Below are positions 51,152 through 62,900 of a DNA stretch of 64,000 nucleotides, piece by piece (positions within the stretch are counted from its first letter, which is position 1; each line of letters begins with the position of its first letter). The DNA is from Klebsormidium nitens (lineage: Eukaryota > Plantae > Klebsormidiophyceae): the NCBI GenBank assembly GCA_000708835.1, contig DF237151.1, positions 1 to 64,000 on the forward strand, read 5' to 3'. The position numbers and the translations under genes are program-made. The notes under the pieces are model-generated. The model was not told the DNA's origin and did not search any database. It saw only the letters and a program-made list of their open reading frames with translations.

Positions 51152-53566
51152 GGTTGCTACAGAGTGCCGTCCAATGTTGATGCTCTGTCGGCCTATCAAA
51201 GGGGCGCTGCAGGCTTTCACTCCAGGGGAAATACTTGAAGTGTGCCTGTCGTGATCAGCTTACGTATAGAGGGTGAAGGGTCTGAGATGCTGAGCTGAAC
51301 TCTCCACGGAACAACCAAGGAAGGGCTGATCTAAGTAGTAGTGAATATGGACTTTGGATCGAGTCACCTGCGAAAAATCTCTCCAACTTGCCAGCTTCTT
51401 CTGAGCGCCCCTTAGCAGATCTCAATGCATATGCTCGAGTAAGATAGCAGCAGTAAGCGTGGCACCAAAATGCTTTGTACGACTGCAATGCCGAGGGTTG
51501 TGAAGATGACCTTGCAAGCTTCAGCGATCTGAAGAGATCTGAGATTAGTGCTTTGAAGCAGGCCAAGAGAAGGAAGACCCAAGGAGCTAGGTAGCCATGC
51601 AATCCAGCAGTGGAACTGTTCGGAAGGGACGGGCCAATGGTCAATGTGATCTGGGCGCACTGACAAGTCATCTGGAGCTCAGTCGGGAGTCAGACAGCAC
51701 TACCTACCTGGTCTGGATTCTGGTCTGGTGTGCATTATTTGTTGGGCTTCGTTGGTTGCCTCTAGCTCAAAGAAGGGTGGCCGAAAGAGGACGCTGAGGG
51801 GATCCCGTGGCGACTCCTCTGCAAGATCAGCTGTGGAGGGAACGCAGTTCCAAAGGGCGGAAGGGGCACGAGTCGAGGCATTTGATTCGTCGCACATTTG
51901 CACGTGGTACCCGTGACTCTGACAGCACGGCTGATTGTGCCAGGCCACGTGTCAGGTCGACTGCGGCCCCGGCCGCGGGGCTTTTACGCGCGTGTGAACA
52001 TGGATCTGAACGCGCGCTCAGAGTTGTAGCACTGTGTCTAATAAAAGTCCAAAGGCTTCAGAGCTGAGTGACTCAGAAGAATCTACCGGCCACCTTGACG
52101 GTACCCAAAAGAGAGCCCGGTTATATAGTCCCGGGCCCTAAATAGGCATGAAGGGAGCACTTGATCAGTAAAACTTAAAAGACGAAGTGAGACTCGGAGC
52201 CTGCCATTGCATTGCTCATGCACGAGGGTGGTCGCATTTCGCTTTTGAATTGTGCTCTGAAGAGCCTGGAAAGCTGTGAGAAATCTCAAGCAATCTGCGG
52301 AGAACCTGCTGGGAACTCTTGAAGGGGAAGTATACTGCGTCCTTGCTGCGGACACTCTTCAAATCAACTCCTTCTGAGTTCGAGGACCGTGCTAGCTGCG
52401 GTTAATTAATATAAGGTGAGAGAGAGCAGAACGGCCTTCCTGATCAGAGTGCTGTAGCTGTACAGTCAAGAGCCTTCTGCAAGCAACATTCAGTATGTCT
52501 TCTCTCTCTGCCGACCAATCTGCTTCTCTCAGATAGGTCTACTTACAAGAAGCTTGATTGCATGTTAGGGCACATACTTGGTGTGCAATTCTGATTCGCT
52601 GGCATCCAATCTGCTTGTGCGCAATGTGCTTTTCGCACTGTGTCAGAACCTTGAGAAACTTCATTCAGTGTTCACAGCTGATTGGCGCTGCGTACTTATC
52701 GCCACTGGATATTGAAAATGCTGGGTCTCACGCAGTTCAGAAGTTCTTCAAACAGCAGACATAGCTCTTTTTTGACCACTTACAGCTGCCTCTAGCTCTT
52801 GACTGGACCTTCTGCATTTGATTCTCAACACCCTAATCTTGGAAATGGACTGTCATCCCTTTATTGCTCAAATTGTGCAGCAAAATGACAGGTTATTATT
52901 AGTCCATTGCTGTGAATCATCACTCCTCTGGCACTTGAAGTTTGACAGGTCATCTCCATAAGGTTCCCTCAAACGGCGTCCCCAGCTAGCATTTACTTTC
53001 ATGGCGTGCTCTGGTTTTTAGAGGAGCAAGCAGTATCACATTGCGCATTGAGGTTTATACGGAAGCTTGGACTGATCCTTTCTTCATGTAGCAAGTTTTC
53101 AGTAGCCACCGATGAAAGAAATTCTCCTCAGGCCAAAACTGATTTAGTGCAGCAGTCAACAACATCCCAAGTAGCAGAGGATCATGAGTCTCAGCTGCTT
53201 ACAAGTCCGGAGAAGAAAAGTGTATTTGACACTCCCTGGAGCCTACCTTCATTTCTAACACTAAAAGACTAGAAATGACTAATTTTTCATTTAGATTTAG
53301 TGGTTCTATCAGAACCGTTATGAAAGTGACTTTAGGACAGGAAGCCGTGCCTAAGTGCCTGAATTCAATTCTTTTCCCTGTCGTTACAGACTGTCTGTAC
53401 ATCACCTGGCCCTTGTCACCTAGTTGCAATGCTGTCAATGTCAGTTTAATGAAACAGCATCACTCGACATGTTCCGGTCCCTCTAGCTACTCTCCATCCG
53501 CAAAGAAAGTGCCCTTTCTCAGGCATACTCAGGAAACTACGTGTCTCGTCAATTCCTGCTGCAGAT
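51152..53566. promoter_or_regulatory. Divergent intergenic region between NiR (-) and LYR/NAR1 (+)
   Basis: Head-to-head orientation, a TATA-like tatata near 52124-52129, and cacgtg elements near 51901 and 51947. No convincing ORF. Exact promoters are not resolved. Confidence 0.4.
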
Positions 53567-53842
53567 ATGCCCGCTCTTTGGCTTAACCCAACCCACGCCA
53601 ATGCCAACCGAACCGTCGTCCTCAGTCTCTACCGCCAGCTCCTTAGAGAGCTCGACAGAAACTCCCTAGGCCTCGGCCTTCTCGCCCGGGAGTCGCGCAA
53701 GAACGAGCTGCGGGGGTTTTTCATCCTGGGCCGCCAGGAAGAGTCCGTATACAACATAGAGAAGCTGCTTGATACGGGGCGCTACGTGCTCGAGCAACTG
53801 AGGCAAGGAAAGGTCCCGACCGGCGAACGGCCCTTCTTCTAA
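53567..53842 (+). CDS. Small LYR-motif (Complex1_LYR-like) protein, 91 aa
   Basis: VVLSLYRQLLRELD...RKNELRGFF...LLDTGRYVLEQL matches the LYR tripeptide plus downstream R-x-x-F pattern. It is preceded by an acceptor-like gctgcag, so an upstream exon is possible. The stop lies 9 nt before the NAR1 ATG. Confidence 0.7.
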   Translation: MPALWLNPTHANANRTVVLSLYRQLLRELDRNSLGLGLLARESRKNELRGFFILGRQEESVYNIEKLLDTGRYVLEQLRQGKVPTGERPFF

Positions 53843-53851
53843 CGTGGCCAC

Positions 53852-56800
53852 ATGGCCGCTGTCCAAGTCGTCCGAACGAGCTCCGTTTGTGGCGCCGTCC
53901 GAAACTCCTCTGTGAGCTGCCGTGCGAGCCCCTCGGGGCAGCCCCTCCCCGTGCCTAGTTACCGCCCCTCCGCCCCTGCTTTGCGCAGCCGCTTCCTCTC
54001 TAAGCCTTTCCTACCCTCCTTGGCCCCCAGCAAACTAGCGCGAGCCTCAAAAAGCCCCACTCGCGCCAGCGTTGACATCAGCACCCCCTTTGGGACGGAG
54101 ATAACCACCGGCGGGGGGAATGGCGTGCAACCGACCCCCGTCGACTCCAAGGGTGACCTCACCCCGCGGACCAGTCAGATCCTGGACGTCCCGGTTCCGA
54201 GGGTTCTGAACGCGCGGCAAGTGTACGTCGCTGCCGCAAAGCTTGCGGTTGTTAAGGCGAAGTTGACGAACCTGAGGATTTTCCTCCAAGCGATAGTGGC
54301 TGGCGTTTTCATCGCCCTCGGGGGGGCGCTTTTTCTGACGGTCGGGGGGGCGTGCCCCACGATGCAGGCAAACAACCCTGGGCTTCACTCGTTCTTCAAG
54401 GGGCTCATCGGGCTGCCGTTCGGATTGACCCTCTGCGTCTTCACAGGTAAGGTCTGCAGTACTATCATCCCGCTGAATGTGCCAGCTGAATCGTGGCCAT
54501 TATTTTTCCTTAAGCAGTACAGGGTTCTGGAGTTTGCGAAACACGAGACTCAGTCAAAGTGCACTTGGTTCTGATCTACGAGTTCCTAGTACTGTCCCGG
54601 ACAAGGGCTATTAGGTTTTAAACTGCCCCCATTGGTCACACCATGCTGTTGATTGCCGTGTTTGCCATGACAGCGCACGTTCCCTTGCCTTAAGTTAACA
54701 TTGAACTCAGTGCGCTTCATGTACCGTTTGCTAAGTTTTGGGAAGGCCATCCCGTCCCAGATGCGACTTGCGCATACAAACTTTTGCATGCAGAAGATTC
54801 CATCCGAATAGCTTGTGCGTCAATGGAACATTTTGCTGGACAACATTCGTCTCAGAGGTCTAATCATACATTGGACTCTTGGACTCCATGCTTGAATCCC
54901 CATAAGCAGACACCATGCCTCTGTTGACAAGCTTTGAAAACGAGGCCCTCCCTTAAGTATGTTGTGCATTCAGGAAAAGTAAGCTTTGAGAATAATAAGC
55001 TCGAACTTCCAAACTGAAATTCTAACCCATAAAGTCACCTGCTGCGCGCCAATCCCCAACCTAAACCCACAAAGAAATCGTACCCGTTCCAGTCTGCCGA
55101 CCTTATAGTTCCGACAGATTACTATTCCAGATTGCCGTTTCTTCTTCTGCAAAGACCTCAAGGTGCGCTGGAAGATTGCCTTAGCAATTCCTCGATCTGG
55201 CTTCCACGACTCTCAAAGCAGGAGCGGAGCTTAGCGAGATACGGTCTGTCAACCATTTCAAAGCCAAAGGAATTGCGAACATTGCAATAATCGAGCTAAA
55301 CAGCTAGGATTGACTTTGGTGGTGCGTCTCTGCCAGGTGTCGAGCTGTTCACAGGGAACACCATGGTCATGACCGCGGGCTGGCTGGACGGGCGCATCTC
55401 CTTCGGGCAAGTCATGCGCAACTGGCTCTTCAGCTACACGGGGAATTTTTTCGGGTCGCTCCTGGCTGTGTGGGCCTTCTCCGTCGCTCAGATCTGTAAG
55501 TGGTGAAAGTCTCTGATGAACGCTTTATCCGCGAAGTAATCGGCAATCTTGGCAAGTGTCTGTAACTGCAATGGGCGGTTCGTAGGTCGTTCTAAGGGCC
55601 TCCTCTGTCGATCAGATCTGTTGGGCCATTAACATTTCTCTTCTTTCCTTCTGAGTGGGTCCAATTATCAGGACATTCTAGGACTCTCGTCGTCGGATTG
55701 ATTTTGCTGCGCTCCTTCTCGGGAAGAAGGGCGACCTTTCTTCCTCTGTTAGTTTTGGTACCCTTGTGAAGAATGCTCGCAGCGTTGTTGGATTGCTGCT
55801 CGACGTTTGCGCCCTCGTCGTAGTTCAGATGCCTGTACTAAGATGAAGGGTTCCGCTGCCCTCCTCATGACGGCTCGTAAACTGTATTATGCAACTTTCG
55901 AGAATATTGTCATCCCTGACTGACCCTTCACGGCGAACTGATGAGCCTTCCGTCGACTGCTGGATCTGAAATATTGTGTCTCCGTTGCAAGGAGACTTCG
56001 ATCTGGTCGACCTACCAGTCAAGCACATTTCTAACGAAACGCAGCCATTGTTCTGCACTGAATGCACTCAACAGTATCTTGGAAGTCGCTTGACGATCCA
56101 GAAGCATCCAGAAAGTCATGGCCAGGACTTCGCGCTCGTGTCAAGGCGTCAGAATGATGCGATAAACCCAACTTGAAGAAGGGTCTCAAAAGCATACGAA
56201 AGTCCTCAAAGGGCCACCATCCGACCGGAAACGCACAGAACCACTGATGCCTAATCGAACACTTCGACTTACCATTTCGTCTCCGATTCCGCTCTCTCTC
56301 AGTGCCGCATGCCGCTAGCCAAGCCACGTCGATCGGCCTGTCGGTTGCCAAGACTAGCTACCCCCTGGCGACGGTGTTTATGAGGGGAATACTCTGCAAC
56401 TGGATGGTCTGTATGGGTGAGTCGTTCGCCAGATTCCGCTCGTTCCGCTCGTTCTGCTCGTGCACCCAGTTTCCGTTCTGCCAGCGAACATCCGTGACTG
56501 CGAGAAACCGTTTTGAGAGGCTTCAGGGTTTGGTTCCGGGTGCGAGGGTGACATGATGGACGATTTCACTTGCCATTGTAACCGGCCATATGAGATCTGT
56601 GGCGCTAGTTCAGACCTTCAGTTCCGAAGTTGATGTGGAGGAGTTGAAGATTGAACTTCTCAGCTTCTGCATCATTGCTATCTTCGTTTTGTTCATTTTG
56701 TTTTCTCTGTTCCCGCTCCACAGACAAGTCCCCCAGTCTCTCTCCTTGCGGTGCCGCAGTTTTCGCGGGTTGACGCTGGGATGCGGCAGTATAACATGTT

Positions 56801-57882
56801 TCTACTGCCATTGCTTTGGAGCTGTTTGTGGTACTGACGCAGCGACGGATCCTGTACACGGAGTGACTTGTTTTTATGTCAGATTTCAAAGCCTCCCAAG
56901 GAAATGATACAACTTTCGCTGCGGTCATCTTCTATACCCAGCAGAGTGGCAGCTCAGCTTCTGGCGAACTTATTCGCCACAAACAAGTGATCCAGATTTT
57001 TGATGAGTCTGTGTAGCCGAGCAATTGAAACTTGTCACGTGCCCCTCTCGTGTGCAGCCGTCTGGATCGCGATCGCGTCCACCGACGGCGTCTCCAAGTA
57101 CGTCGGCATGTTCCTCACGATCAGCTCCTTCGTGGCGTTGGGCTTCGAGCATTCCGTCGCCAACATGTTCATCATCCCCTATGTAAGTTTGCCCATCGCT
57201 TATCCCTATTTCGCGCTTGATATGCGCGTTTGTTCCTCTGGGAGCTAAAGCTGTCTTCATCGTCAAAACCGGGGGTGAAGGTTTTCGATACCGTCTTCTT
57301 TCTGTGGCACCCACCTGAGCCCTATCGTCGTATCCCCGTCTTTTTGTTCTGCACACCCTCTGTTCTGTCGTACCTGCTGATTCATTTCTGATCGGTCCTA
57401 CTCTCCGTATTATGGGCAACACTTTGCCGCCGTTTTGTGTTGGATAGACTTAGGGTGCGAAGAGGCGACCAAGTTGTGCTTGCTGACGTCAGCACTTGTG
57501 GTGTTCGGGGTCTAGTACTGTTCAAGAAGCACGTTTTTCTTGGTCCACGAAGGATCTGTTTCGTAAGCTACTTGGGGCCTAGGAGGTTTGGGGATGGATC
57601 AAGCGGCAGCATGGCGGACTGCTCACGTTATGATTTATCTGCTGCTGTCTCATTGCGAACGGGGTCGTCGCTGCTGGAAAGCCTATCGCCTGAGAAACGT
57701 GCTGAACGCCTGTGTTATTAATGCAGGGAATGCTTTTGGGCGCTAACGTCAGCTGGTCTCAATACCTGCTGGGCAACCTGCTGCCGGTTAGTATCGGGAA
57801 CATTATCGGTGGCGCCTTTTGCATGGCGGGAGTCATGGGGTACTTCTACTCCGAGAACCTGAACAAGCCGAAAGAGGCTTGA
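53852..57882 (+). CDS. NAR1: Formate/nitrite transporter (NAR1-type, probably plastid-targeted), 5 exons
   Basis: Exons 53852-54446, 55337-55495, 56303-56416, 57058-57182, 57727-57882, phase-consistent. FNT motifs: AIVAGVFIALGG, GVELFTGN, GILCNWMVCMAVW, GFEHSVANMFIIP, NLLPVSIGNIIGG. Ser/Arg-rich transit-like N-terminus. Confidence 0.92.
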
Positions 57883-59904
57883 GGTAGGTTGCAGTGAGTA
57901 CAGTGTTGTCGCTTTGTGTGCGGATTAGGGCCCAGGCGGATGTGCGAAGCTGGTCACTTTTGTTGTGAATTTGTCACTGTGCAACATCTTCGGGCTTTGA
58001 AGTGTACAAAGCAGGTCGTCCTTGTAAGTATAAAGTCTAGCTGATTGAGGCTTCCTTATGCAGCTGAGTGATTTGATTACTAGCTTTTCTGAGACAGTCA
58101 AGCAGATACTCAAGATACCCCGACACTGGCCGCTGGTGTTTCTCGGCCTTCACTTCAAGCTGAGCTAAGCAGGCTCGTTGCGACTCCGCACTTATGATTA
58201 CGTTCAACGGTATGTCACACAGCTAGGTCCGTGTGATGTACGTACCGGCCAGTCAGTGACTGAGTTTTCGCGCTTGAAAACGCCGTTGGATTTCAATTTG
58301 CGGCGCATTTGCGGCCGTCTACTTTTCCCAGGCTTGCCTGCACGTCGCGCTGAACATGATCAAGACCATCATGGTTAAGACAGACCGTCACAGTGACTAA
58401 TTTACACAAGTAGGCCCGGCCATATCATTGTGGTATATGGCAACATGATGCGCGGCGATAAGTAAGTCCGGTATTTTGCAGGTCAAAATGATATCGCCTC
58501 CGGCGCAATAATCCGGCTTTGCATGAATTGCATCATTTGTACGCATGCATGTCCGCTCGACATGCTGAACGTGACCAGGGAGTACAGGTACCTCACTTTC
58601 ATGATCAAACTGAATAAACGTGCACCATTTTAATTGCACCACATGCGCTATATCGAGCTGGCGGCGGCCGCGGCGGCCGGCCCGGCCGCTCAGCTGCGTT
58701 CCATGCAGTCCTTAGTATCCCCAGGCCGGCTAGCTAGTCTGATCGTTGATTGACGAGCTTTAGTGCATACTGAGATGCGTATACAGCGGTCAGATCAGTA
58801 CAAGCTAGGTACGTACGCGTTTCGTAGTGTGTTCGACAGTGCACACTTCTTCAAGCAACATACGTACATGTACCAACCGTTGCCAGGTTGAACTCTAACT
58901 TATCATTAGCTTAGCTTAGCAATGATATATAGTACGCACTGTCCGATGTGGCGCGGCCTGCATGGCCCGTCCGACGGGCCGGTCCGGGCGCCCCTTATTA
59001 CCAGGGCCGGGCCCGGCTTTGCTAGCTTATTAGGTGCGCAAACGGTGGCGGCAGCGCCGCATCCAATGTGAAGCATGGGATGTACAAGAGGATCAGAGTC
59101 AGAAGGCGCTGCACAACAACATATACATATGATCGCATGAATATAACGACTCTAAGTAGCAATGTCTAAGTCACATGCGCAAGGTCAGTTCGTGAGCTGA
59201 GTTTCTCCATCATGAACTTATGCTTACATGTCTTAGAAGTCGACCGGATCGACAGCTAAGCTGTGAGCAAGCGCCGCACGCTCAGTCGTTCAAATTAACT
59301 TAACGCCTGGAAGACGTCATGAGTGCGCTTGCTTGGCATCATTGCTTATGAACATGACCCAGCGTTCTGTTTATGACGTTCCACTAGCTGTAGTCGCAAC
59401 TCCGACGTACTGCACCGTCAGGCTCGCAAGACCTGAAGTTACATAATCACGTCGAATGACTCAGGGTGACTTCATGTCGAAGAATTCGCGCCTTCAATCG
59501 ATAATGTTACAGGTATCTACGAGCCAGTCTCGACTGCAAACAGGCTGAGGGCCTTCGCTTTCAAGCTACCTTCTTATTCCCCGTCTATCTACGGGACTAC
59601 GGCTCCTAGTATATCCACACAAACGTATCAGACGGCCTTGGGAGGACGAAACCGCCCTTCGTTCTTCCTCTAGGAGCGAAAAGCAAACATATTTACGAGT
59701 CTCTAACCTTGTGGAACGTCTACCTTGTCTCGATTCAATCCTTTTTGCTATCGAGTTCGTTAGTCATCAGGGAAACGCCTTTACATCAAGAACCTTTCGA
59801 GCAAACGCCTCCCCAAGCTGACGTGGCTCGTCCTGCTTGGTTGGTTCGACTCTTTTGCCAGAACCCGCTAAGATCCTCCATTAGCCCGTTGACGTGGCGT
59901 CTTT

Positions 59905-62900
59905 TCAATCGTCGATCGTCTTTTCCAAGGCATCCGCCTTCAGGATCGCATCGGAGTCGTAGCTCTCGTGGGTCGTGAGCGTTTTGACGGGGCCCAGGTA
60001 ACGCGTGCGGGCATACGTCACCCACAGAACGACGGCCAGAATGAAAACGGCGGCCCCGGAAACGGGCGTCCAGTTGAAAGTATCCCTGTAATTGTGGGAA
60101 AATAGTGAGATGCTGATTCATATTCAGATGGAAAGCCCTTGGATAGGGTGTGAAGAGTCTCTACGGTTCTGGCGTTAAGCAGTCTCTACGGTTCTGGCGT
60201 TAAGCAAGCAGATTGGTAGACGAGTAGGCCGGGCACGTATGTACAAAAATACGGTAGAGCAAGGGAGTAGTACCGGAAAGCCGGAACGAACAAAGTGCTT
60301 CACTAGACCGTCGGTATACTCTCAACGCCTCCAAAACTATGCGGGTCCGATGATTGAATGTCAATCAACTTCCAATGTCGGGTACTAAGGCGTTCCTTGC
60401 GGGCAATGTGCACTGGGGTTCGGAATCGGTCTCGCGTTTCATCGCTCAGCTTTAACTCCGGCGTGATTGCGGGAGCGGCTAATGCCCCTTGAAACGAAAC
60501 GTAGGAATGACAATAAGACCAACGCGCGCTCACTTGTCGATCGGGTAGAAGGTTGGAAGGCAGAAGACGACACTGCCAAAAGTCAGGTACACGACTGCCA
60601 CGCACGCGCACGGGACGCCCCACCTGGGCGGAGAAACGGCTCGCGTCAGAGACCGGGAGAAGGGTCGGGGCTTCGTAACCGGTCAGCGACAGCATTAGGG
60701 AGCCAAGCAGTGCAAAACGAATTGCGCTTTCACAACCGTGTCCTTGAGACTGTTAGATCGGAAGATCCTGTGACGAAGCCGACATCGGTTTTCGTGTTGA
60801 AATCACGTGCTGAATGTTAAGGATCAGGACCTCGCTTCGAGAAAGTTTTGGAAGCCTCTGGGGTTTGCGCTTGAAAAGTCGCAAATGCTAGCGAGAACTG
60901 CAGGGGAGCTTCGGATGAGAGCAGGAGTCCGTCTGGATTGAAAACGCTGTCTCGGATTGATTTGTGGTCGGGTTTACCGTACTACATTAGACGGCCTCCC
61001 TATTCAGCAATGCTACAAAATCAGCATGATGTTCCCGGTGTGTGAAACTCACTTTCCCAGGTGAAATGGTCCCCGGGTGAAGTTCTCCGGGCGCACGATC
61101 CGCAGGAAGATGGGAATACCGTATCCGATGTACGCGCCAATAACCCCGATGGAAGCGACCGCGTTGAAAGCGACGAAGGACTTGAGCGAAAAGAGAGAGA
61201 TGCCGATGGAGAGAATGGCGGAGACCCAGTTGGCGACGAACGGAGTGTTGGTTGCGGCGGGGGACCAGTGCAGGAATCCGCTGAGCGGAATGGCCTTGTC
61301 GCGGGTGATGGCGAACATCTGCGGAAACGGAACGGGGTTCAGTGGAAGAGGAGCAGCTTACAAACTTACAAGCACAAACTTCGATCCGATGTTCTGGGCC
61401 TCAGCATGTTCTCTTCCCGCTGGCTAGGGTCGTCTGAGAAAGTCGCGAGCAAGAGTGACGTCAGCAGAGCGACGACGTCCGCTAGATCGTCTTTTGTATC
61501 CGAAGTCTGAAGTTGGGCGCTTCCGATGCTCTCTCATCGACCATGCCAGGTGTACACCTTATCTCTTAAAGTGATTCGAATCCGTGTTTCCTTTCAAAAT
61601 TTAGCCGAACCCATCAAGCTCGACTTTTGAAACTTTTTCAAACCTTTCCGTGGACAGCAATTTTCTGTATATCGATGTTGAGGGTCTCTCCCCATTCCGA
61701 TGTGCCCATCAACTCCGTCGAAGAAGAATGCAACCGAGGGTGACGTCAGCAGAGCGATGAGGCCCTCACACTGTTTTCATGCCAATCTCAAAGAGTGACA
61801 TTTCGTTGCTTAAAACTGCGACCAAAACTTACGATTCCCGACGTGGGCGCAAACTGGCTCAGACCGCTGAAGAAGACCGCGAGCAAGGGCAACGTCAGAA
61901 GAGCAACGACGCCTGATATTTTCCAGATTTTATAGAATCTAACTTTTGAGTCAGTTTACTTTAGGACACTCACGATTCTGGACGTGGCTGCCAGCTGGCT
62001 CAGCCCGCTGAAGAAGACGGCGAGCAAGGGCAACGTCAGCAGCGCGATGACGCCCTTGACGGTGCGCCCGCCGCTGACGAACGCGTCGTAGTAGATCTGC
62101 GCGCCCGCGCTGAAGCCGCCGGTCGCGTTGCCAAGATCCAGAACGGAAGCCGGGTCCTGCGAGAGAGATATCGTGTTAGGTTAAGGGTTATGGCAACTTG
62201 ACCCAACCAGGAAAAAATGTTTGTGGTAAAAGTTTCAATCGGGTTGGGACTGCGCGCCCGCGCTGAAGCCGCCGGTCGCATTGCCGAGATCCAATACGGA
62301 AGCGGGATCCTGTGAAAATAAATTCCGTGTTAAATTACCGGTTAGGGAATGTTGACCCAACCCAGAAAAAAACGTTTGTGGCAAAACTTTTCATTGGGGT
62401 GGGACTGCGCGCCCGCGCTAAAGCAGCCGGTCGCGTTGCCGGGTTCCAGAGCGGAAGCCGGGTCCTACAACAGGGTTTTCTCAAGGTTTTGTTAGTTCCT
62501 ATAAAAGTGTGATTAGGCCGGTTTCAGACAGATTTAGTTAGTGCTAGTTTGAACGACGTAAAGTCAGACTAGAGTTTGAGAGGCTTTCAAAATGATTTAA
62601 GCAATTTCTTACAGTACGGCGTACTATCTCATGCTGAAGCTGCCGGTCGCTTTACTGAAGTACAATCAGGAGAAAGGACTCTCAGAAGGAGGATTTGAAG
62701 CTTTACGAAGGACGTGGACAGTGACGAAGCGGCCGTATTGGAGAAGCTATTGCGCGCGCAAGTGGAAGGGGCTGCTTGCTTTGCTGACACTCAAAACAGA
62801 ACTGGATCTTCTCGAAGATGGATGTGGGCTTCCAGTCCTCTTGGGCCTTTCAAGAAGAAGATCGAGAACGCGTCTTTGTGATTCAAAATGAAGGGCTTTT

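Noticed and set aside
58960-59030. Helitron 3' end (GC hairpin plus CTAG)
   Set aside because: CTAG is followed by C rather than T, spacing is atypical, and no matching 5' TC end or Rep/helicase was found.
6380-62670. Echo arrays as assembly artefacts
   Set aside because: Copies are diverged, graded and carry indels, unlike mis-assembled identical reads; long-read confirmation is still advisable.
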